Shown: one piece after another, positions 1-12,418 of the stretch | Position numbering within the stretch: the first letter of the stretch is position 1 | Layout: every line of letters starts with the position of its first letter | Notes under the pieces: generated by a model | Seen by the model: the letters and a program-made list of their open reading frames with translations, nothing else | Told to the model about the DNA's origin: nothing | Databases searched by the model: none | DNA from: Octopus sinensis | Lineage: Eukaryota | Assembly (NCBI RefSeq): GCF_006345805.1 | Contig: NC_042997.1 | Span: 13,578,001-13,642,000, forward strand | Length of the DNA: 64,000 bases | Direction of reading: 5' to 3' | Made by a program: the position numbers and the translations under genes

Positions 1-1187
1 ACAATTAATAGTCCAATGCGAACACGAGGATCTTCTTCTCCTTCCCTCGTGCATTCGACTGCGTACGGCAAAAGTTAAAATATCAGATGTACCACCAGAA
101 TTAGACATTTGGTGATTGGTTGCGTGCGTTGTGGTCGAAGGCCTGGATTCACTTCTAGGAATTAAAATATATTGGAAGGAGAACTGACCCGGAATCGGGT
201 TCGAAACTTTGATCTAAGTAAAACTGGAATCATTGGACAAGGTCCCTGACCTTATCGAGCTGCTAAACGGAGCACAACTCTATGTCGTGGTGGAAAGCAG
301 AATCCAAATTGCTACACTTGTGAGTGTAACGCCCATTTGAATGACCACAAAATCAACAAAATGGAGCTCGAGGAACGGCAGCTATGCGACCACCACCACC
401 ATAGGAAGGCCAAAAGCTACAACAACAATCAATGCAGCAACAATCATTGAAGCAACATTTTCAAAAGCAGAATCCCACCCCCACAATGACACCAACAACT
501 GTAGTGGTGGAAACAAGAAACGCCCGACTATCCCTACAGTCTGGCAACATAGATACACCATACACTCCCGACACGGGCGTGTATGGATAATTTCTAGATG
601 TCCTTGGCCTGGCAGTGCTACCGGGTGTCGCTACCGGTTCGAGATATGCTCTACAGGCACGATGTGCTGTCAGACTGAGTTGTCCGAGGAGAGCGCAGAG
701 TGACGAAACCGTTCTGCACGCTCTCGTTGAGTGTCCGGGCATTGCTGACTTGTGGGGTTATACTGAACAGCTGCTGTCACGTGTGGGCCGGATCCGTCTG
801 TCGGCCGAATCTATAGTGATGATTGCACCGCCGCCCAGTTTTCCTTTGCCTGGTGGCTGTGGCAAAAGAGGATGTTTGGTGAACAAGGCTGAAAGGCTGA
901 GGACAGATACATTCCTCTTTGGTAGAGCTCTCATTCACTTTTTCAAGTTTCACTTGAAAACTAAAATTGAGAGTGGAGAGAGAAGAGTTTATTGACAGGT
1001 GGGTAAAAGCTACGAAAATGGCAAGAGTGGATAGTACCTCTCTAAGTGTTTACCTGTGAGTCGGAGAAAAGGAATTGGAGAGGGCACTTGCTCATAGGAT
1101 TTCAGTGAAATCTCGGACAGTGGGGTTCCTCCATTAACCTTAGAGGCGTCCCTGTATCAGGAGGGATATATCTCTATCACCCCGCCC

Positions 1188-1232
<45 letters not shown>

Positions 1233-1233
1233 T
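1..1233 (+). mobile_element. Tx1/L1-clade LINE remnant: ORF1 fragment joined to ORF2 C-terminus, 3'UTR and (ATT)n tail
   Basis: From 62: RTAKVKISDVPPELD...DKVPDLIELLNGAQLYVVVESR, then NPNCYTCECNAHL (decayed CCHC knuckle). From ~583: MDNF*MSLAWQCYR.LPVRD and CPR.AQSDETVLHALVECP (zf-RVT-like), ending ...STSLSVYL* near 1059. (ATT)n at ~1188-1233. Stops and frameshifts throughout. Confidence 0.75.
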
Positions 1234-1520
1234 ATTAGTATTTAACTAGTTAATTATTTAACCAGTTAAGTGATTGATTGTTATATTATCCATTCGGTAC
1301 TTCACTCAATCAATGAAGTTCATCACGTTTCTACGTCGTCATTCGTGTAATCATCATCATGACCTCTTTACAGCAGATCTTTTCCATCCTGTTTACAGAT
1401 ACTATGTAACTATAGGGATCTTAATGAGGTTGTTTCTGAGTGAGGGAGAGGGTGTGTGTGTGTGTGTGTGTGAATAGTATGGATTCTGTGAACTGCGTGA
1501 GTGGTAAAATACTTATTCAT

Positions 1521-1917
1521 TTTTATCTTTTATCTGTTTCAGGCATTGGACTGCGGCCATACTGGGGTACAGCTTTAAAGAACCTTCAGTCGAATAACTT
1601 CATCCCAGTACTTATATTTTTCTTTAAGTTTGCTTACGGGGACGTAAGCAAGCCAACACAGTCATTAAGAAACTCACGCGCGCACACACATACATACTCA
1701 CACACACACACACGCTCACACATACTCACATACGCACACACAGACACATACACATATACACGACGAGTTTCTCTCAGTTTCCGTCTACTACCAAATCCAG
1801 CCACGAGGCTTTGGTCGGCCCGAGACTATAGTAGAAGATACCTGGCCATGAGGTCACGCAGTGACTAAAAGTGAAACTATGTGGTTAGGAAGCAAGCTTC
1901 TTACCACACAACCACGG
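1521..1917 (-). mobile_element. tRNA-derived SINE, family A, diverged copy
   Basis: Matches the copies at 9707 and 11164: tRNA-like head, internal CA/TA microsatellite, 3' block ending ...GAAACAAGTAAAAG. Confidence 0.85.
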
Positions 1918-2739
1918 TTAGTGATATTTTCTTTGTGAATGGACCGAATGTGTTGCGACTGTATGTGTGTATACGTGTATGAACATTGCAGTCGAGTCAC
2001 TTCACTTATTTTTAAGATGGTGCTGATCAAATTACAATTTAATGACTCACTTCATCTTTTATTCTAATGACTCAAGGGAATTAAAAAGTAGATATTAGTA
2101 CAGAACCTGACATATCCACAGACATTCGGCCTGGAGATTATATTACTATATAATGGTAATACGGAATATGTACGGAATATGTGCATTAAAGAAATTTAGT
2201 GAATTATTTATTTGAAATTAATAAACAATAGTATTCACTTTATGTTGCTAGTGTTCCATAATCATTAAATGAACAACAGGCCTAATATAAAAGTCATATG
2301 AATAGCGTTTTAGAGCCCTTAGCTTTTCTATTATTACCTAGAAATAATGTCGAAGAATTAAAGTTATATTTAAGATTTTTCTGTGAATAAAAGAAAGCGA
2401 CATTCGATTGTATTATTGAATTGCTTCACTTAGATTAGAATTGATTGGATTGGCATCGTGTCTGTGTCGTCGAGCATTCGGCATTATATTATTTAATAAT
2501 ATGCTTACAATATAATTTAATTATGTTCTTTAATCATAGACCCCCAACCATGAGTTAATTTCGTCTTAGAAATATGTGTCTATTCTCTTGCTGCATAAGA
2601 ATGGTCTATAACCATAGAGTCACAAGTCCTTTTAGCATTTAGATATATACAATTTTTATTTTTATTTTCTATTTCGTTACGATTTTGATTTAAAATCAAA
2701 ATTAGAATAAAATATAAATACTATCTTTGCTATTTTGTA

Positions 2740-4140
2740 GTTGATGCCCTTCCTGTGTTACATAAACAGTCGCAGATCAACAGCTGCGAGAAAAATACAT
2801 GAGCAGGAAACATATTCTAACGGGTCGATGATCTTGAAAGAAGGACTGCAAAAAGTGGATACTGCAGTTGTGGGGATGGATGCAAACTGAATGATGCTAT
2901 GTGAACAGATAAACGTCTCCGAAGTGCTTGCGTGGAAGAAATTTGAGATCAGCTGGCTTCGAGTAGTAGAGGCGATTATAGTAGCTATAAAATGTTAGGG
3001 AGAAGAGACAACAGGCTTGTGGATCAGAGGCTGGTATGTGTTGTTAGTGATTAACTCTCAGTTAGTCAAGTGACACTCTCTGCATGCGGTCGGAGAGGTA
3101 TGCGTGCGTATCATTAGAACTGCTCCAAGTTGTGAGTGTTGTACACCTTTGTAGATCTCACTTATGCGTTGTAGAGTGTCTTGGGTCTGAACAAAATGGG
3201 TAGTCTTTGGGATGTGGCCCTAGCTATACTAAAGGCATACTTTCGTTAGGAAAGCCCAACTGCCGAAGCAACTTTGAAAGCTGTAGCTACGAGCAGTACA
3301 TGTTTAGAGGGTGTGTGGTGTTGTGGTGTTTTCTTCATATGAATAATGTTTGAAGTTTGTTGTTAAAGGAGACAACGATAGCAAGATCCCAGTGAATAAC
3401 ACTCTTCGTTTATGGAATCACTGCAGGCTTGTCAGGTAATGTGTAGAATGCCAGTGAATGATGCTTGATCAGGAAAAGTTAGAGAGTTATGAAATGAAGA
3501 GTTACTTGTTAGATATGGCAACACGAAGGATAAAAGAAGGAATAGTGTGGACAAACCCGCAGTCGGTGGAGCATCAGAATTGTTCGTTTCTTGGGCAGAA
3601 ATAGTGCGATCTGATAGGAAGCTAACGATTCAAGAGATAAGAGGATAAGAGAGTGGTAGATTATAAAATTGGGACGTTTTGAAAGATTTACATCCCAGGC
3701 AGGATCGAATACTTCGCTGATGCCAAGAGCAATAACATTGCTTTCACCGAGGTTCTCTAATACCAAAACCCAGTGGTAACAGATATAAGAGAGGAGGATG
3801 CAAGTGGAGAACCGAGTAGAAAGAGAGAGTCTGAAGGTAATGGATAATTTCACTGTTACTGATTGTCTCGATTACTGGAAACTGCTAGAAATGAGAGCAA
3901 TAGAAGATGGCTCTCTGGGATGAAGTAGTAAAAAAACGTCCTTCGAATGGAACGCAGTGAATACGGTTTCAGATATCAGGGTATATTCCCATAGTGAGTG
4001 AAAGATTAAAGATATTTATGAGTATAAATGCATGTTCTGGGGCGCAATGGCTGAGTGTAATAGAACGGTCATTGTCATAGATGATGCACGTGTTTACTTA
4101 AAGAAGACGGAGGAATATCTTCACATAGCGTGTATGTACG
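2740..4140 (-). mobile_element. CR1/L2-group LINE RT remnant, heavily decayed
   Basis: Minus strand: HCAPEHAFILINIFNLSLTMGIYP, then STCILLSYICYHWVLVLENLGESNVIALGISEVFDPAW (resembles RST.DLL..GES.VIALDISKAFDRVW) and a decayed PQGSVLSPTLF region. Confidence 0.7.
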
Positions 4141-4386
4141 TCCAAGTGTATATACTTTTATTTTAATTTTATTTCTTTTACCGAGGTTGACTTGCCATGC
4201 AGGGACAATGCCATGATAAAAAAAAATCCTCACGAACTAACGTCATCCAAGTAGTAACATAGATAAGTACTAACTACGCTCACCATTTTTTAACTTGGTG
4301 ATCAAAGGAGAATCGATGTCTTATGTTTTCAAAGTTATACAGTTATAATACATACATATGTATATATATATATATATTATATATAT

Positions 4387-4440
<54 letters not shown>

Positions 4441-4589
4441 ATATGTATGTATGTATATATGTATGTATATATATATATATATATTATATATATATATATA
4501 TATGTATAAGGGTGAAAAGGAACACACGAGTTGATATATATGAAAAAACAAGTCAAAAATAGAAAATGCTAAAATAATTTTATAGTGAA

Positions 4590-4637
4590 CATTTCAGTAC
4601 CGGTTTCGGTCATTTTGAGACCTTTTCAACTGTAACG
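4590..4637 (-). ncRNA. Mirror copy of the same hammerhead motif in the left palindrome arm
   Basis: Exact reverse complement of 4879-4926. Confidence 0.7.
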
Positions 4638-4878
4638 ATTAAATAATTAAATTTAGAAAAATCAGAAGAAATTATTTTTTAAAGGAATATTTCTATAGTA
4701 GTGTTCAGATATAAGTGGCATTCTGCCTTTCTCTGACTCCCTTGTTTGCACCTCCAACACACAAGTGCAAACAAGGGAGTCAGAGAAAGGCAGAATGCCA
4801 CTTATATCTGAACACTACTATAGAAATATTCCTTTAAAAAAACTTTTCTTCTAATTTTTCTAAATTTAATTATTTAAT

Positions 4879-4926
4879 CGTTACAGTTGAAAAGGTCTCA
4901 AAATGACCGAAACCGGTACTGAAATG
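4879..4926 (+). ncRNA. Minimal type I hammerhead ribozyme motif (U3-A8 variant)
   Basis: CGTTACAG-TTGAAAA-GGTC tcaaaat GACC-GAA-ACCGGT-A/CTGAAATG: stem I, core, 4-bp stem II, palindromic stem III, GUA cleavage triplet. Confidence 0.7.
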
Positions 4927-4970
4927 TTCACTATAAAATTATTTTAGCATTTTCTATTTTTGACTTGTTT

Positions 4971-5042
<72 letters not shown>

Positions 5043-5457
5043 GAGAACTAGAACGCTAGTGGCCGTGTGCGTAAAAGCCGTATAGGCAAATTTAATAATT
5101 ATAAATAAGATATATAAATATATTTATATATACTAGGGAACTAAATAAGCACCTGTTTCGCTAAAATAGAAGTTAAAATACTCCTAAACCACAGAAGAAT
5201 CACTAAATGAATATAGGCATGATACGGAAAAAAATTGTGAATAAGAATAGCGTCTTACCTTTGCAAAGGTTGCAGAAGGAATATCATGATTTCGAATTTG
5301 GCGTCAAAAGCACCTGATTCTCTTCAGTTAGATCTGCAAAAGACAACTACTAATATTCACCACAACCATTCCTGTAATTCGTTTGAGTGCCCGGATACCA
5401 TTGAAACAAACGAACCAGAGAAATTATTTATAAATATAAAAGATGATTATTCCTAAC

Positions 5458-5491
<34 letters not shown>

Positions 5492-5505
5492 TAATAATAA
5501 TAATA

Positions 5506-5558
<53 letters not shown>

Positions 5559-5865
5559 TATGTATGTATATACACACATGCATACATATGTATAACGTAT
5601 GTATGTATGTGTGTATGTATGTATGCTTTTATGTACGTATATATGTATGTATGTATGTATGCATATACATATATACGTATAAAGGTGGAGAAATGCAGTT
5701 TATTGGTTAGGGTGTTACACTCGTGATCGTAACATATACGCCACAAATCAGAGAAACCAAGCTTATGAATCTATGGCTCAAGAAGGAAATTTGATCTTTT
5801 TTATCTATTTATCTATTGATTATCTTTAATTTTAATTTTATTTTCAGTAATATATTTTGTTACAG

Positions 5866-5903
5866 AGATACCAATTCCTTAACAGCATAGCCATAATCGA
5901 TGA
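5866..5903 (+). other. Candidate 38-nt exon (5'UTR or coding, RYQFLNSIAIID)
   Basis: ttttgttacag acceptor after a T-rich tract; GA|gtatgt donor. Confidence 0.3.
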
Positions 5904-6471
5904 GTATGTTTACACAGAAATCGCTGGAATGTTGGCAAATTTGCAAAGTGAAATCATTTTATCTTTTCTTTATTTAAATCGAGTCACTGATGCCTCGTAG
6001 TCATTGACAGAAATATTAATGGCCAATGTAATACTAAAAGAATTCTATTCATATGTTCCATACGGGTATTTGATTCTCTCACAAGTGTCTACATTTTACA
6101 AAAAAAAAATTGTTGATGAACCTAGTGATATTCAAAATGTCAGAATATCCAGAACACATTTATCATCTCCCTGTCTTGAAAAATATTTTAAAACTGTCTG
6201 GATCATTTAGATATATATACTTACGGAAATATCGAATAATGAGAATGATTGCTCAACGCCGCATTGGTGGATAAAGATTCTTTTTTTGTATATTAAGGCA
6301 ACCATTTTTTTCGTAGCCTTAATCGCAGCCTTTTAATCCAAAATATAGACGAACACCAATTTCTCTATGTGATCAGCATGAAAAATTAAGATGTTTCCAA
6401 CATAAAATCAATATATATATAAAGGATATATTTACGTCTGTTTGTGTGTGTGTGTGTATGTGTGTGTGCGC

Positions 6472-6516
<45 letters not shown>

Positions 6517-6829
6517 CGTGTGTCTACATGTGCATACATGCGTGTCTATGTGAGTGTTAAAATTAGTTTGACTAAGATTTCAAATTCCATGGAGCGGTTA
6601 ATTAATGTCTGAAAGCAATAATTTAGTCTTATTGAATATTAATAAGTCTGATATTCGACCAGATTGGTCTAAGAAATCTGTAAGCGAAACTTGGTGTCAA
6701 AGTAGAAAATACTTTTATAACAAATTTGATTTATTATTAGCAATGATTCCTGACCCGCAAATGCTCTGTTGTTATTGTAATCACTTTAAAATAAAAACCC
6801 GAAATTTAAAATATATATATATATATATG

Positions 6830-7048
6830 TGACCGCGTGTGTACCGTTTGCGTACCGTTCGCGATTTTTTTCCAGCGTCTTTCCTTCTGTGGATCTTTCC
6901 TTTTCCTATGTTGCTGACGAAGAGCTCCACTCGAAACATTAAACGATCCTTCTTTCCTGAGCGTTCAATAACACTATACTTGTTCCACGTCCTCACGTTG
7001 TTGTGTTTTCTCTTTGCGTTTTCATGTTTGGATTAACTGTGTAACCTC

Positions 7049-7052
<4 letters not shown>
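6830..7052 (+). mobile_element. Solo PLE terminal-repeat-like element between (TA)n tracts
   Basis: Contains a CTGACGA..GAAAC hammerhead core; downstream part resembles the minus-strand fragment at 17975-18086. Confidence 0.55.
6910..6944 (+). ncRNA. Minimal hammerhead-like motif, slightly decayed
   Basis: GTTG-CTGACGA-A-GAG ctcca CTC-GAA-ACAT-T-AAAC; stem III is ACAT instead of palindromic ACGT and stem I has a mismatch. Confidence 0.45.
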
Positions 7053-7082
<30 letters not shown>

Positions 7083-7889
7083 CAATATCAGGGAATAAAT
7101 TATTATTCCAGCCTTACAGGTAAAATTCAGTATAAAAATATCAGACCGAATTTCGTAATATATAATACATAATATATGTATATAACTAATTTAGTGACGA
7201 ACCACCATTCCACAACTCAGTCAATGAAGAACGCTTCCAAAACCATGCTGTGAGATATATACCATACAAAATAGTAATCTAAAATTTTTTAATTATAATA
7301 TTGAACAGTAAGATTATTACAATCATATAATATATACGAGTAAATACTTTTAAAATCCCAGCGAATACCACGCAAAGAAACATTCATCATAAAAATGGAC
7401 AGACATTCTGCCTCCTCCTCCTCCTCCTCCTCCTCTCTCTCTCTCTTACTCTCTCTCTCTCTCTCTCTCTTTCTTTCTTCCTCTCTCACACACACGCACG
7501 CACACATACAGGCAGAATGTCTGTCCATATTTATGTACAGATTCAGAGAAGTCACGGAGGAGATTCGAACGTCAAAGCCAAATTAGAATCACACCGATGT
7601 TTCTAACATCATTTATTAACAGTTTACCATCCATATGTATCTTTCCATGTGAATAGGTGTTAACTTTCGGGGATATTTCCAAAGAGAGAAATATAGAATA
7701 GAAATTAACTAATCAACAATTTTCATGGCACAAATGTGCATGTATATGTGCACCTGGGCACTAATTGATATACATACTTTACATAGATGAAAATATTTTA
7801 CGAGAAACTTCAAAATTCTTTAACTGAAATTTTGACTGAAAACAAGTCTTCTCTAGTCAAGTGACCTCGTTGACTTGTCAGTGGAAACC

Positions 7890-8504
7890 TATTTCTTTAT
7901 TACCCACAAGGGGCTAAACACAGAGGGGACAAACAATGACAGACATAGGTATTAAGTCGATTACATCGACCCCAGTGGTACTTAACTGGTACTTAATTTA
8001 TCGACCCCGAAAGGATGAAAGGCAAAGTCAATCTAGCGGAATTTGAACTCACAACGTAACGGCAGACGAAATACCTATTTCTATTTCTTTATTACCCACA
8101 AGGGGCTAAACACAGAAGGGACAAACAAGGACAGACATAGGTATTAAGTCGATTACATCGACCCCAGTGCGTAACTGGTGCTTAATTTATCGACCCCGAA
8201 AGGATGAAAGGCAAAGTCGACCTAGGCGGAATTTGAACTCACAACGTAAGGCAGACGAAATACCTATTTCTATTTCTTTATTACCCACAAGGGGCTAAAC
8301 ACAGAAGGGACAAACAAGGACAGACATAGGTATTAAGTCGATTACATCGACCCCAGTGCGTAACTGGTGCTTAATTTATCGACCCCGAAAGGATGAAAGG
8401 CAAAGTCGACCTAGGCGGAATTTGAACTCAGAAAGTAAAGACAGACGAAATACCGCTAAGCATTTCGCCCGGCGTGCTAACGTTTCTGCCAGCTCGCCGC
8501 CTTA
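7890..8504 (-). mobile_element. Tandem trimer of SINE family B inside one TSD
   Basis: Three ~188-bp units starting near 7888, 8074 and 8263; only the last has the tRNA-like head. Direct repeat CAGTGGAAACC at 7879-7889 and 8505-8515. Core GCCTTTCATCCTTTCGGGGTCGATAAA resembles the MetaSINE central domain as I recall it (unverified). Confidence 0.9.
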
Positions 8505-8788
8505 CAGTGGAAACCGACATGTCGGCCAGTCAGTATGGTCACATATTTCGACAGTGATACAGATGACTGAATTTCATCAATAGACAAAAAAAAAAAAAAA
8601 GAATTATGTAATATTTCTTTCGCTTAAGAAAATTCATAAACCTTATATTTAAATATACTAAAGAACGATATTTTACAACTTCCGATAACTTTTCTCTTTA
8701 TTGATAAACTATTCTATTTCTTGTCCACGATCTGTATGTACTTTGTGTGTGTATATATATGTGTGTGTGTGAGTGTGTGTGTGTGTGT

Positions 8789-8828
<40 letters not shown>

Positions 8829-9042
8829 CAAACCACGTGGGGACGTACATTCTACGTTGCTTACATGATAATTTCTCTATACTCCTAGACAGCTTTTATG
8901 AAGACAATGATCTCTTCTATATCCATGGTCGTAGTAAGTGAGATTCAATGAATTTAAAAAATGCACGATTAAAAAACCATTACATCAGAGTTAAATAACA
9001 ACTCATTCCACGAACATCACAAACCAGACAAAAACCTTTGTA

Positions 9043-9192
9043 ATGTCAACTTTCAATCCTTTCCGCATTCCATTCACCAAAACGTACGTGAATGCGACGC
9101 AGAACCTGCGCACGGTAAACTTCGGAATGAAAACGGTGGCAGTAGGACTAACTTTGATAATCTTACTGTTCCTGCCACGGATAAATTTGCAG
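9043..9192 (+). CDS. Gene 1 coding exon 1: signal-peptide-like MKTVAVGLTLIILLFLPRINLQ from ATG 9127; in-frame upstream ATG at 9043
   Basis: CAG|gtatgt donor at 9192/9193, phase 0; hydrophobic core VAVGLTLIILLFL. Confidence 0.65.
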
Positions 9193-9706
9193 GTATGTTG
9201 CAATTTTAGACAAAGTGCTGGTAACACAGGGCACAGCTGCCTGAGACTTTAAGTAGATTGTGGACCCTCAAATAGATTGTGAAATTGCATTTGTACATTC
9301 CCCCCTGTGGACAACGTTACTTATCAATGTATAGTTACTGCATATCAGGTTAGATACGTGTACGTAGTTACACTTTCAAATCAAGGCTGTTTGATCATAA
9401 TATGACTTTCAGAATCGAAGCTAGAGCTAGTAGCACTTTTTCATCTAAGATAATTTAGAAATGGAGGAAAGATTCGGTTGACTACAATATTAGGAGGTTT
9501 GCCATATTTTCCACCCACCCGCACTGCCAACTTATAACTCCAGTTATTTGTAGTTCTCCTATCTTGTTATATCCAAGGAGATATAGCACTTGTCTGAATC
9601 ATCGACAACAGAATAAATAACTTAGGTAGGTTTATATCTAGATGCAAATTCCAAGACACACGTCACTAGTAAAACTGAATATTAATATGAAAACATTAAA
9701 ACACTA

Positions 9707-9928
9707 ATCTTTTTTCTTTTTTTTTTTTTTACTTGTTTCAGTCATGTGACTGCGGCCATGCTGGAGCACCGCCTTTAGTCGAGCAAATCGACCCCGGGAC
9801 TTATTCTTTGTAAGCCCAGTACTTATTCTATCAGTCTCTTTTGCCGAACCGCTAAGTAACGGGGACGTAAACACACCAGCATCGGATGTCAAGCAATGTT
9901 AGGGGGACAAACACAGACACACAAACAT

Positions 9929-9961
<33 letters not shown>

Positions 9962-10125
9962 CGACGGGCTTCTTTCAGTTTCCGTCTACCAAATCCACTC
10001 ACAAAGCATTGGTCGGCCCGGGGCTATAGCAGAAGACACTTGCCCAAGATGCCATGCAGTGGGACTGAACCTGGAACCATGTGGTTGGTAAGCAAGCTAC
10101 TTTCCACACAGCCACTCCTGCGCCT
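9707..10125 (-). mobile_element. SINE family A, young full-length copy
   Basis: Head AGGCGCAGGAGTGGCTGTGTGG (A box) ... GGTTCAGTCCC (B box), central microsatellite, near-identical to the 11164 copy. Confidence 0.92.
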
Positions 10126-10394
10126 GGAAATATTTATTTCATACTGCTTTTAACCAATCTTTTGTCATTAACTCCTTTCGGTCGCTGGATTACAGCCATA
10201 CTGGGACACCACTTTGAAGAGCTTTAGTCAAACAAATCGACTCTAATACTTACATTTTTAACGCCTGGTACTTGTTCTGTCAGATATCTTTGTCAAACTA
10301 CTATATAACGGGAATGTAAACAAACAAACCCTGCTTATCAAGCAGTGGGAGCGCAAACACATAGATATACATATATAGCTATGTACATATATAT

Positions 10395-10476
<82 letters not shown>

Positions 10477-10588
10477 CATATATATATATACATATACATA
10501 TATATATATATACGAAGGTTTCTGTATGTGTGTGTATATATATGTATATAGTATATGTATATTTAATGCATGTGTATATGTATGTGTA

Positions 10589-10639
<51 letters not shown>

Positions 10640-10645
<6 letters not shown>

Positions 10646-10790
10646 GACGGGTTTCATCTATCAAATCCGCTTACAAAGCTTGGTCGACCGATCTTATAGT
10701 TGAAGGCATTTGCCTAAAATGCTACACAGTGGAAATTACCTCAGAGACATGTGACTGGAGAGCAAACTGCTGACTACATACATAGCCACG
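10640..10790 (-). mobile_element. SINE family A, decayed 5' half
   Basis: Diverged match to ACGACGGG...CAAATCC..AAAGCTTGGTCG...ACATAGCCACG. Confidence 0.6.
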
Positions 10791-11163
10791 CTTTTTTTTT
10801 TTTTGATTTCCAGTGTACAAACCTGCCACAGAGTGTTTCCTTTCTTTCAACTTAAAATATTCACCTTTTCACTGAACAAATTATGCAAACAACAATTTGT
10901 ATTAGTTCATAAATAGTCAAATATTTTCAAAAAATATTCTATACATTACGATCATAATAATTATTATTATTATGCAAAAAAATTGTAAATATCTAATCAA
11001 TTGTATATAGCTAACATCTATCGAACGGTAATTTAAAAAAAAAATATAGATGAAAACTAGGAATAAATGCATTCTCGCAAGCGACGTCACGAACATCTCT
11101 TCCACATTGTCATAACCTTCCGACAGAAGACAAAGGTCTACTTTTGCATTTCAGGAAATATTT

Positions 11164-11573
11164 ACTCTTTTACTTTTTTTACTCTTTTACTTGTTTCAGT
11201 CATTTGACTGCGGCCATGCTGGAGCACCGCCTTTAGTCGAGCAAATCGACCCCGGGACTTATTCTTTGTAAGCCCAGTACTTATTATATCGATCTCTTTT
11301 GCCGAACCGCTAAGTGACGGGGACGTAAACACACCAGCATCGGTTGTCAAGCAATGCTAGGGGGACAAACACAAACACACACACACATATATATATATAT
11401 ACATATATACGACAGCCTTCTTTCAGTTTCCGTCTACCAAATCCACTCACAAGGCTTTAGTCAGCCCGAGGCTATAGTAGAAGACACTTGCCGAAGCTGC
11501 CACGAAGCGGGACTGAACCCGGAACCATGTGGTTGGTTAGCAAGCTACTTACCACACAGCCACTCCTGCGCCT
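11164..11573 (-). mobile_element. SINE family A, young full-length copy
   Basis: Near-identical to 9707-10125. Confidence 0.92.
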
Positions 11574-11782
11574 GTTTATATAATATTTTATAATGAAAAG
11601 CAAAAAAATACCTCATCAGATATATTAATGTAATGAAAACCCTACGAAATAATTGTTACTATTGATTATAAGCGAAAACATTCCAGTAGAATCTAAGTTA
11701 TGAAGGCTGACTTAAAATGTGGTAAAGCTAACACATTATACATGGAACAAGGAGTACTCCAACCAACCATATCAAACAATAT

Positions 11783-12156
11783 GGATGGAAGCACTCCGTC
11801 GGTTACGACGACGAGGGTTCCGGTTGATCCGAATCAACGGAACAGCCTGCTCGTGAAATTAACGTGTAAGTGGCTGAGCACTCCACAGACACGTGTACCC
11901 TTAACGTAGTTCTCGGGGATATTCAGCGTGACACAGAGAGTGACAAGGCCGGCCCTTTGAAATACAGGTACAACAAAAAGAAAGTAAGAGTGAGAGAAAG
12001 TTGTGGTGAAAAGTACAGCAGGGATCACACCATCCCCTGCCGGAGCCTCGTGGAGCTTTTAGGTGTTTTCGCTCAATAAACACTCACAACGCCCAGTCTG
12101 GGAATCGAAACCGCGATCCTATGACCGCGAGTCCGCTGAGCCATTGCGCCTCCACT
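11783..12156 (-). mobile_element. SINE family C (tRNA-like head), with a short deletion in the A-box region
   Basis: Reverse complement of 12419-12807; 13-bp TSD TATCAAACAATAT at 11770-11782 and 12157-12169. Confidence 0.93.
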
Positions 12157-12418
12157 TATCAAACAATATACTGAACCTCTTTTTCACAAATAATACGTCG
12201 CGTAACATGATGTTAAGGAAATACCAACAATTGTTTCGGGTCATAATTTAGTAGAACTAATAATGCACGTTCTAAGGAAAACTTTACACATGCAGTTAAC
12301 AAGGAGTACATGATTCCTTTACGACCAGAACTTTTAAAAAGCTAATTGGAAAGATATCCAGTAAAAGGTCCTGGAACAAAAATGCCAGTCTCTTTATGCA
12401 AGATATTGATATAAAGCT

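Larger units (their letters stand above)
4541..4975. repeat. Near-perfect palindrome, 211-bp arms and 13-nt loop, PLE-terminal-repeat-like, flanked by (TA)n
   Basis: 4541-4751 is the reverse complement of 4765-4975 with only a few mismatches near 4670; loop CTCCAACACACAA. Confidence 0.95.

Noticed and set aside
7888-8504. CRISPR-like or satellite array
   Set aside because: Units are contiguous ~188-bp SINE bodies with no unique spacers; eukaryotic context
8989-9192. Alternative open frame for exon 1 (ELNNNSFHEHH...TDKFA, phase 1-1)
   Set aside because: Poor acceptor, and phase 1 does not fit exon 2, which is open only in phase 0; not fully excluded
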